Shown one piece after another: positions 28,654 to 36,002 of a stretch of DNA of 63,107 nucleotides. The stretch comes from Bacteroidota bacterium (GTDB lineage Bacteria > Bacteroidota > Bacteroidia > Bacteroidales > JAIPAH01): assembly GCA_021767705.1 (NCBI GenBank), contig JAASSU010000002.1, forward strand, positions 1-63,107, read 5' to 3'. The position numbers and the translations under genes were made by a program. Numbering within the stretch: the stretch's first letter is position 1; each line of letters begins with the position of its first letter. The notes under the pieces were generated by a model. The model made no database searches, was not told the origin of the DNA, and saw only the letters and a list, made by a program, of their open reading frames with translations.

Positions 28654-29606
28654 AAGCCCCAGAGTGAATTAACAAACCATTTACGGTGGTCGTAATAATT
28701 TTTGATTATCCTGAAACCTGCTTCAGTTGCATGTTCCGATATCATCTGTTCATCATATTTCTGTGAAATTTCCACGAAAATGGTTTCATTTTCGGCAAAC
28801 GAAATAGACATATCGAGTTTTTCTAAACGAACAGCCTGTTCTTTTTTACTTACTAAAAAACTTTTTGCGGCCCCGCTGTTTTGGTCATATTTTTCTTTGT
28901 GAACGAAATTGGCAGTGTTAAAATCAGCCTCCAATTCTTCATTGATGCGTGTAAGCAGGTTGAGGTTAAAGGCTGCAGTAAGGCCCTGAGGGTCGTTGTA
29001 GGCTTTTAGTATTATTTCCGGATCTTTTTTTAAATCAAAGCCAATGAGTAGTTTATCCCCTTCATTTAATACTTTACGCACTTGTTGTAAAAAGTTTACG
29101 GACTGCCCATAAGTAAAATTCCCAATGTTTGATCCGAGGAAAAGGGCAATCTTAGGTTTTGATCCGTTTAACCCTGATATTAAGTGAAAATAATCGCCCG
29201 TAAGCCCCTCAATCTTTAATTGTGGCAACTCCGATGCCAGTTGCTGTTGAAGTTGCATAATTGCCTGATGCGAAATATCAATGGGGATGTACCTGAAATC
29301 CATTCCCTGGTGAAGCAATGCTTTTAATAGTATTTTTGTTTTCAAACCATCACCGGCCCCCAGTTCAATGATTTCAAATTCACCGGCATCCGAAATGAAA
29401 TCCCGGCAGATAGTATTTTTTTGTTCAGAAAATATTTCAAGCTCACAGTCGGTGAGGTAATATTCATCCATTCGCATGATCGCCTCAAAAATTTCGCTGC
29501 CTTTTTGATCATACAGGTACTTTGACTGAAGATATTTTGGGGAAGACGAAAGCCCCCTCCGGACCTCTTCAGCAAATTCTGTTGTGGTTAATGTAGCATT
29601 TTCCAT
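28650..29606 (-). CDS. EgtD-like SAM-dependent amino-acid N(alpha)-methyltransferase (Methyltransf_33 family)
   Basis: 318 aa. Motifs PKYLQSKYLYDQKGSEIFEAI...EYYLTDCELEI and ELGAGDGLKT...YIPIDIS are collinear with histidine N-alpha-methyltransferase EgtD. The substrate is not inferable. Confidence 0.82.
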   Translation of the reverse strand: MENATLTTTEFAEEVRRGLSSSPKYLQSKYLYDQKGSEIFEAIMRMDEYYLTDCELEIFSEQKNTICRDFISDAGEFEIIELGAGDGLKTKILLKALLHQGMDFRYIPIDISHQAIMQLQQQLASELPQLKIEGLTGDYFHLISGLNGSKPKIALFLGSNIGNFTYGQSVNFLQQVRKVLNEGDKLLIGFDLKKDPEIILKAYNDPQGLTAAFNLNLLTRINEELEADFNTANFVHKEKYDQNSGAAKSFLVSKKEQAVRLEKLDMSISFAENETIFVEISQKYDEQMISEHATEAGFRIIKNYYDHRKWFVNSLWGL

Positions 29607-29763
29607 TTGTATTGAGTTCGTTTTTGAACCGCTGTTTTTATTGAGAAAAAGTGTTCTATTTATGAATAGTTTATAAAACTAATTAATTTTTTCTGTTTAA
29701 CACATTCTACCCGGATAATTCATGAAGTATCGCTGTCTTCTCCTGTTAAGCTTAACCCAAAGG

Positions 29764-31101
29764 CTAACTATCTGCAAGTTCTTTTTTGACTTCCGGTAAC
29801 TTGCTTTCATTTGACAAATGTTTTGGCTTTAGCAGGATGCGCAAGGATTGGTCGTAGGTAAAATAATTCCAAGTCCAGTTCAGGAAAATGAGCATCCGGT
29901 TTTTCACGCCCATGATGGTGAATAAATGAACCAGCGACCACAGCACCCAAGCTGCAAAGCCTTTGATTTTTCCTACAGGCAAATCAGCCACGGCGAGGTT
30001 ACGGCCTATGGTAGCCAGCGAACCCTTATCCCTATATTCAAAGTCTTCCTCTTTTTCGCCACTATTGGCTTTTACCAGGTTTTTTGCCAATTGCTTCGCT
30101 TGCTGTAATGCCGCTTGAGCAACCTGCGGGTGGCCATTGGGATATTTGGGGGTTTCCATCAGGCTGATATCGCCGATAGCAAAAATGTTCGTGTGGCTTC
30201 TGATCCTGTTTTGTCGATCCACCAGGATGCGTCCGCCCCGGCCATATGCTTCCTGTGGCAGGCCCAGCACTGCATTTGCTGTAACGCCCGCCGACCAGAT
30301 CAGGGTTTTTGACGAAACTGAGCTGCCATCAGACAACCTCACACAAGAACCATCGTGGTGTTCTACCCGGGTTTTCAGGTGAACTTCAACGCCCAATTTC
30401 TGGAGGTACTTCAGTGCGCTTGCCGATGCTCGTTCCGATAAGGCTGCCAGCACCCTTGGAGCAGCTTCATAAATGGCAATGCGCATTTTCGAAAGATCCA
30501 GTTCCGGGTATTCTTTCGGGAAGATGTATTTGCGCATTTCAGCCAAAGCCCCGGCGAGCTCCACACCCGTTGGGCCTCCACCAACAATGGCAATGTTCAT
30601 GTATTGTTCTGCTTTTTTCGGATCTGTTTCCAGCAGAGCCTGCTCGAAATGTTCGAGAATGCTGTTGCGGATAAGGATGGCATCGGAAGCGGACTTCATC
30701 GACAAGGCATTGTTTTCCATTTCTTTCTGGCCGAAAAAGTTGGTTTTTGCGCCCATAGCCAGCACAAAGTAATCATATTTCAGCCGCCCTATGCTGGTAA
30801 CAACCTCATTGGCCCCTGCATCCACACGCTCTATTTCTGCAATGCGGAAATGTACATCGCCGGCATTTTGCAGCACTTTCCTTAACGGGAAGGAGATAGC
30901 ACTGGGCTCAAGCCCGGCAGTGGCCACCTGGTAGAGCAGTGGCTGAAACTGGTGAAAGTTGTTCTTGTCCAGTAAAATAATCTGAAACCCTTTCCCCAGT
31001 AATTTCCGGGTCAGTTTCAACCCGGCAAAACCTGCGCCGGCAATTACTACCCTTTTCTTATTTGTGCCTGGTATATTTGGTATTGCATTCATATTCTCCA
31101 T
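29764..31101 (-). CDS. Type II NADH dehydrogenase (NDH-2)
   Basis: Two dinucleotide folds (VVIAGAGFAGL and IAIVGGGPTGVELAG), FAIGD, and a C-terminal membrane-anchor region. Confidence 0.88.
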   Translation of the reverse strand: MENMNAIPNIPGTNKKRVVIAGAGFAGLKLTRKLLGKGFQIILLDKNNFHQFQPLLYQVATAGLEPSAISFPLRKVLQNAGDVHFRIAEIERVDAGANEVVTSIGRLKYDYFVLAMGAKTNFFGQKEMENNALSMKSASDAILIRNSILEHFEQALLETDPKKAEQYMNIAIVGGGPTGVELAGALAEMRKYIFPKEYPELDLSKMRIAIYEAAPRVLAALSERASASALKYLQKLGVEVHLKTRVEHHDGSCVRLSDGSSVSSKTLIWSAGVTANAVLGLPQEAYGRGGRILVDRQNRIRSHTNIFAIGDISLMETPKYPNGHPQVAQAALQQAKQLAKNLVKANSGEKEEDFEYRDKGSLATIGRNLAVADLPVGKIKGFAAWVLWSLVHLFTIMGVKNRMLIFLNWTWNYFTYDQSLRILLKPKHLSNESKLPEVKKELADS

Positions 31102-31205
31102 AAAACATTCTGATTGTTATTACGAATCAATTTTTTTATTTGAGGAATTTCTTCCTGTAACCCATTTGGATTGTATAAACTCTTCCCGCATAAACAAGAC
31201 TATGT

Positions 31206-31850
31206 TTAGTCTTCACTTTCTAATGCTTCCAGGATATCCGCCACATTCGACCGCTTTTTGTAATCGGGGTTAAACTGACGCCAGGTAATGGTCCCGCTTT
31301 GGTCTATCACATAAGTGGCCGGTATGGGCAGTCGCTGGCTCTCATCAGAATGTGTTTTTTTCAGTTTTGCCCCCAAGAGGGTGTTGTAAGTTATTAAGGT
31401 AGCTTTAGAGGGCTTAAAAGTGACATCATAGGCGTCTGAAATTTTGTAGCCTTCATCGTACAGCAAGGTAAATTCCGCGCCCGTTTTCTTCTCCATCTTG
31501 CCCAGGTATTCCGGCTTTTCGGGGGATATTGCAATGACTTTGGCCCCTTTTTCCTCTATAAGCTTCAGGCTGTCTTGTATTTTGCTCAGGTGCTTGTTAC
31601 AAACCGGGCACCAAAACCCGCGGTAAAAAATTAATACCACCGGCCCTTGTTTTAGGGCTGCTTCAAGTGAAAATGTATTGTTGTTGGCATCGAGGGCGCT
31701 AAAAACAGGGGCTCTTGTGCCCACGGAAAGGCCCTCGGCTTCTTTGGCCGAACGGTAGTCTTGTGCTTTCATATCTGATATATTTAAGGTGAAAATAATG
31801 GCAAGGATGAGCCCTTGGATGGCTTTGCTTTTTCTGCTGTTTCTATTCAT
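31206..31850 (-). CDS. Secreted thioredoxin-fold peroxiredoxin/redoxin (AhpC/TSA family)
   Basis: Signal peptide, then FYRGFWCPVCNKHL (CxxC). I chose the start at MNRNSRK (31850); the track ORF extends to 31883. Confidence 0.82.
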   Translation of the reverse strand: MNRNSRKSKAIQGLILAIIFTLNISDMKAQDYRSAKEAEGLSVGTRAPVFSALDANNNTFSLEAALKQGPVVLIFYRGFWCPVCNKHLSKIQDSLKLIEEKGAKVIAISPEKPEYLGKMEKKTGAEFTLLYDEGYKISDAYDVTFKPSKATLITYNTLLGAKLKKTHSDESQRLPIPATYVIDQSGTITWRQFNPDYKKRSNVADILEALESED

Positions 31851-32042
31851 GCTTGTTGTTTTTTGTCGTTTCAAAATGACCAATCACCCTATTAGTGTTT
31901 GTTTTTCGAAAACCTGACAAAACGAACAGCATTTTTTTGGGACAGGCTGTTTAATGGGGCGTATGGGGGCACATATTTTGAGATCTAAACCACAAACCCA
32001 AAGGCAGGATCAAAAACATAATCATCACAAATCATTATTTAT

Positions 32043-32085
32043 TGGAATAATATGGACTTTAATTCCAAATTATTCCATATTTTTG
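32043..32085 (+). promoter_or_regulatory. Inverted repeat plus -7 box immediately upstream of the DUF4143 ATPase gene
   Basis: TGGAATAAT (32043-32051) is the reverse complement of ATTATTCCA (32069-32077). TATTTTTG (32078-32085) ends 4 nt before the ATG, which implies a very short leader or none. Confidence 0.35.
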
Positions 32086-32089
32086 AGCT

Positions 32090-33256
32090 ATGATTACAAG
32101 AAAAGCATCAGCATTACTTAAACAACTGGCAGGCTATTTCAAAGTTGTGGCCGTTATAGGGCCCCGTCAATCCGGGAAAACAACGTTGGTAAAGGCAGTC
32201 TTTGGTGATAAAGCTTATGTTAACCTGGAGACAGCCACCAATCTCAGTTTTGCATTTGATGATCCGATAGGGTTTCTGGAGCAATATCCGTCAGGGGCGG
32301 TAATTGATGAAGCACAAAAAGCACCTCATTTGTTTTCATATTTACAGGAAATTGTTGATCGGCCAGTAAAACCAGGCATGTTCATACTCACGGGATCGAA
32401 TAATTTCCCGCTCAACAAGAACATATCACAATCCTTGGCCGGACGGGTAGGCTATCTGAATTTATTGCCATTCAGTTACAACGAAATTGAAATACACCAC
32501 AAAGATTTTGACGAAACTGATTTTATGGTGAATGGGTTTTATCCGCCTATTTACGACCAAAAAATCCCTTTTCATTTGTGGTACCCAAATTATATCAAAA
32601 GTTATATTGAACGGGATGTCAGGCAGATTAAAAACATCAGCAACCTCATTTTTTTTGAAAAATTTATGCAATTGCTGGCCGGACGGACAGCACAGGAAGT
32701 CAATTACAACTCCCTTTCTGTTGAACTCGGAGTGGATGTGAAAACAGTCCAATCCTGGGTAGCCGTGCTGGAGCAGAGTTTTGTTGTTTTCTTGTTAAAG
32801 CCTTACCACAAAAATTTTAAGAAAACAATAGTAAAACGGCCTAAACTGTATTTCTATGATCCCGGAGTGGTATGCTCCTTACTTGGAATCACTTCAAAGG
32901 AAACCCTGAACATGCACCCCCTTAAAGGTGCCGTTTTTGAAACGATGGTAGTTTCGGAGTTTATTAAATTACAGCAACAAAAAATCAGTTCCCCTAAATT
33001 CTATTTTTGGCGTGATAAAACCGGAAGGGAGATTGATTTAATCATAGAAAAACAGCGATCTACATACCCCTGTGAAATAAAATCCGGTAAAACAATCCAA
33101 AAAGATTTTTTCAAGAACCTACAGTATTGGAATAAGTTAAGCGGTTCGGAAAAAGCTGTGATTATTTATCCGGGTGCCCAGGAGCAAAAAAGGAGCAACG
33201 GTATCGAAATTCTCAACTGGCAGCATATTGACAGGCTGTTTGCTGATGTGGATTAA
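32090..33256 (+). CDS. AAA-family ATPase with a DUF4143 C-terminal domain
   Basis: Walker A GPRQSGKTT, Walker B-like AVIDEAQK, and the DUF4143-type C-terminal half. It is the only plus-strand gene within a 25-kb minus-strand block and is visibly AT-rich. Confidence 0.82.
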   Translation: MITRKASALLKQLAGYFKVVAVIGPRQSGKTTLVKAVFGDKAYVNLETATNLSFAFDDPIGFLEQYPSGAVIDEAQKAPHLFSYLQEIVDRPVKPGMFILTGSNNFPLNKNISQSLAGRVGYLNLLPFSYNEIEIHHKDFDETDFMVNGFYPPIYDQKIPFHLWYPNYIKSYIERDVRQIKNISNLIFFEKFMQLLAGRTAQEVNYNSLSVELGVDVKTVQSWVAVLEQSFVVFLLKPYHKNFKKTIVKRPKLYFYDPGVVCSLLGITSKETLNMHPLKGAVFETMVVSEFIKLQQQKISSPKFYFWRDKTGREIDLIIEKQRSTYPCEIKSGKTIQKDFFKNLQYWNKLSGSEKAVIIYPGAQEQKRSNGIEILNWQHIDRLFADVD

Positions 33257-33425
33257 AAGCATAGACGAGTAAATCATTCGTCCACCACTCCAGCCCACCG
33301 GACATAGCTATACAAAATGAGATTATAATTTGTTTTTAACATGATATCTGTAGAGTTTAAAAAAGCTTTCAAACCACTGATTTTACATAGTCTATTCAGC
33401 GGGCAATTGATAAATACCAGCAAAT

Positions 33426-34103
33426 TCAGCGCAAGCGAAGCAAAGGACTGATACTGAACGGAGGTTGTTCTATCGCGAATTCCTTGTAAACGGCCACTGG
33501 AATTCCAAGGTCGGCGAGATAGACCTGAATGTTGTGGGGCAACTTTAGCAATTCGGTTTTCATGGCCGCCAATGTCATCACAATATCCGGATTGAAGATG
33601 GATGAGCCAGTGTTTTTGTCAAACCCCACCGGAATATCGAGGGAAATTTTGGTGCAATTCAAGTTGTTTGCTTTCTTTACGGAGTCAAGTAAATTATCGG
33701 CGAGGGGCAGTCTTTGCGAAAACCCCAGGTACGCATCGACAAAAATATCGGGTTGTTCGTTAGTGAATTCCTTTGCCCCAAAAGTTTCAGCCCTTTCCTT
33801 TTGTAACCCAGGTAATGGTTTCAGGTTATTATCGGGGATGTCTAAGAACAGCTTGTAGCCCCACGCAGCCAAACGGCGTGCGGCTACCAGTCCTCCGCCG
33901 CCATTGTTGCCTTTGCCAACTCCAATCACCACATTACAGGGCTTTGGTTTTATATGTGTTACGAGGACAGCCAACTGTAAACCGGCATTCTCCATCATCA
34001 GCTCAATCGGGAGCTGGTAGTTTGAAACCGCGAGGTAATCCATTTCCTGAAAACGCTGAATAGAAAGGTGGTTTTTGCCGGTTTTATAATCTGGGATAAT
34101 CAT
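33426..34103 (-). CDS. NAD(P)H-hydrate epimerase (YjeF N-terminal domain only)
   Basis: GKGNNGGGGLVAARRL and DAYLGF motifs of the YjeF_N family. 225 aa, with no fused dehydratase domain. Confidence 0.8.
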   Translation of the reverse strand: MIIPDYKTGKNHLSIQRFQEMDYLAVSNYQLPIELMMENAGLQLAVLVTHIKPKPCNVVIGVGKGNNGGGGLVAARRLAAWGYKLFLDIPDNNLKPLPGLQKERAETFGAKEFTNEQPDIFVDAYLGFSQRLPLADNLLDSVKKANNLNCTKISLDIPVGFDKNTGSSIFNPDIVMTLAAMKTELLKLPHNIQVYLADLGIPVAVYKEFAIEQPPFSISPLLRLR

Positions 34104-34106
34104 AAA

Positions 34107-34403
34107 TCAATATTTATATCCTGACACTTCCTCTTCATCCGCCTGCACATCCAGGGCCAACACCATGCGGTTGACGAAATTGAAATAGGCCACCACCAGG
34201 GTAGCATCAAGAATGGCTTTATCGCTGAGGCCAATATTTTTAAGACGGTTTGTTTCATGCGCTTCCTTAAAATCACCGGGTTTGTCAGTCAGCATTTGGG
34301 CAAAGCGGCAAAGGGCTTTTTGCCTTTTATCGATAAGCTCATTGTAAATTTCCAGCAGCCTGCCGTCAGCTTCGTTATGTTCTATAACCTGAATACGTGC
34401 CAT
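34107..34403 (-). CDS. Short CMD/AhpD-like (peroxidase-related) protein, probably an internally deleted remnant
   Basis: The N-terminus MARIQVIEHNEADGRLLEIYNELIDKR and the C-terminus ...LSDKAILDATLVVAYFNFVNRMVLALDV...SGYKY resemble the two ends of the roughly 180-aa family. The central region, which normally carries the Cys/His active site, is missing. Confidence 0.5.
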   Translation of the reverse strand: MARIQVIEHNEADGRLLEIYNELIDKRQKALCRFAQMLTDKPGDFKEAHETNRLKNIGLSDKAILDATLVVAYFNFVNRMVLALDVQADEEEVSGYKY

Positions 34404-34430
34404 ATAAATGTGGTTTGATCTGAAAGCCAA

Positions 34431-34700
34431 TTAGTTTTGCTCCAGGTTTTTAATTTTTGCTAAGGTTTCTTTTTTAAGTTCAGATAAGTCTGCAGAACTT
34501 TCATTCGGTTTATTGGAATGTCTTAATGCCTGGTCCATGAACCTGGATTGTTTTTCATAGTTAGAACACGCACTGCACATAGCCTTGTGTGCCTTCAACT
34601 GTATTTTTTGCTTCAATGTAAGCCTGAAATAAATTTTCTTCTCTATCAGCTCAGTGGCTTTCAGGCATGAAAGAAATAATAGATGCATTAATTTTTTCAT
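34431..34700 (-). CDS. Small soluble ZAS-type anti-sigma factor (HxxxCxxC)
   Basis: 89-aa ORF 6 nt downstream of the ECF sigma gene. It contains HKAMCSAC (H-x3-C-x2-C) and has no TM helix after the motif. Confidence 0.6.
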   Translation of the reverse strand: MKKLMHLLFLSCLKATELIEKKIYFRLTLKQKIQLKAHKAMCSACSNYEKQSRFMDQALRHSNKPNESSADLSELKKETLAKIKNLEQN

Positions 34701-34706
34701 CGCAAC

Positions 34707-35264
34707 TTAGTTTTGGAACCAGTTTTTTTCAAGACAATCCCTCAGGTTTAACTTTGCCCTGTGCATAATCTGCCAAAAGTTAGTAGGGCTGATATCCAAT
34801 TCCTGACAAATTTCCTCTCCTTTTTTGTTCATCAGGTATTTAAATTTTACGCACGAGGACCATTTCACGGGCAGCGCATCCAAACATTTTTTAAGGACAT
34901 TTTGAAAACCGGCATCATCCAGCAAATTTGGATCTTCATTGCCCCAGGGCATGGGCTTTTGATTTTGGAGCCAACTATTACTGCCATCAAAAAAATCAGC
35001 TAATGTTGAAGTGTCGGCAGGTAGGGGTGTTTTGGCTTTTTTCCGGTAAACCTCAATGATTTTATATTTAAGTATGGAAAATAGCCATGTTTTAGGAGTG
35101 CTCTCGCCCCTGAAAGCCTGTATTTTTTCGGCTGCTGTAACAAAGGTATCCTGAACGATATCCCTGGCAAGTTCCTCATCAGAAAGTCTGTGGAAAGCAA
35201 ACCTGAACATGTCAGAAGTGTAGCTTTCAACCCATTCAGAAATATTGTGTTTTTGTTTACCCAT
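34707..35264 (-). CDS. ECF-type RNA polymerase sigma-70 family factor
   Basis: 185 aa. Region 2 (DIVQDTFVTAAEKI) and region 4 (EICQELDISPTNFWQIMHRAKLNLR). Confidence 0.9.
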   Translation of the reverse strand: MGKQKHNISEWVESYTSDMFRFAFHRLSDEELARDIVQDTFVTAAEKIQAFRGESTPKTWLFSILKYKIIEVYRKKAKTPLPADTSTLADFFDGSNSWLQNQKPMPWGNEDPNLLDDAGFQNVLKKCLDALPVKWSSCVKFKYLMNKKGEEICQELDISPTNFWQIMHRAKLNLRDCLEKNWFQN

Positions 35265-35432
35265 AAAAGTTTGACAAGGTTTTAGATTCCGGCAGATTGT
35301 GAGTCCAAAATTAAAATTATTTCAGAACAAGTTAAAAAGTTGCTGAGCACAAACATCTTTGGTTTTTCTGACATTCTTTTCAGAGAGGTGAAGCAGAAGA
35401 ATACGGCTTTATAAACAAACAAAAAAAGAGGG

Positions 35433-35915
35433 TTAATCCTTTTTCCTGATAAGCACCACGGCGTAAGCCGAAACGCCTTCACCACGACCTTCGAAGCCCA
35501 TCTTTTCGGTGGTGGTGGCTTTTATGGATATCTGCGAAGCCTCGCACATCATTTTCCCTGCCAGCACATTCTGCATTTTCCTGATATGCGGAGCAATCTT
35601 TGGTTGCTGAATAGCCAGGGTCGCATCCACATTTCCAATCTCCCACTTTTCTTCCTGCAGCATCCTGATAACGCGCGTTAATAAACGCGTGCTGTCAATG
35701 CCTTTAAAAAGCGGATCTGAATCCGGGAAATGCTTGCCAATATCCCCCATATTAGCAGCTCCCAACAAGGCATCGCAAATGGCATGAATCAAGACATCTG
35801 CATCTGAGTGCCCCTGGCATCCTTTCTCAAAATCAATTTCTACACCTCCTAATATGAGGGGGCGGCCTTCTGCTAAAGCATGCACATCGTAGCCCATTCC
35901 AACTCTGAAATCCAT
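35433..35915 (-). CDS. ispF: 2-C-methyl-D-erythritol 2,4-cyclodiphosphate synthase
   Basis: GMGYDVHAL and GHSDADVLIHAICDALLGA motifs; 160 aa. Confidence 0.95.
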   Translation of the reverse strand: MDFRVGMGYDVHALAEGRPLILGGVEIDFEKGCQGHSDADVLIHAICDALLGAANMGDIGKHFPDSDPLFKGIDSTRLLTRVIRMLQEEKWEIGNVDATLAIQQPKIAPHIRKMQNVLAGKMMCEASQISIKATTTEKMGFEGRGEGVSAYAVVLIRKKD

Positions 35916-35930
35916 AGTTTTTTATTTTGG

Positions 35931-35977
35931 ATAAAAATACAAAAACCACGAAAAGGCACTTCAACCCTTTCGTGGTT
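35931..35977 (-). terminator. Rho-independent terminator after porV
   Basis: AACCACGAAA (35944-35953) pairs with TTTCGTGGTT (35968-35977), a 10-bp stem. On the minus strand it is followed by TTTGTATTTTTAT. Confidence 0.65.
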
Positions 35978-36002
35978 CATAAAATTTTAGAGAATATCGT
36001 TC

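Noticed and set aside
28650-29606. Calling the locus an ergothioneine (egt) cluster on the basis of the EgtD-like gene
   Set aside because: No EgtB/OvoA-type sulfoxide synthase, EgtC amidohydrolase or EanB rhodanese is recognisable in the window. The partners are different enzymes, so the label would be unsupported.
31968-31982. GGCACATATTTTGAG, a sigma-54-like element upstream of the DUF4143 ATPase gene
   Set aside because: The -12 element reads TTGA rather than TTGC, the leading T of TGGCAC is missing, and the match is isolated. This is too weak to call.
35282-35485. 67-aa minus-strand ORF between the ECF sigma gene and ispF
   Set aside because: It overlaps the 3' end of ispF out of frame. 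It is hydrophobic and low-complexity, with no start context or motif.
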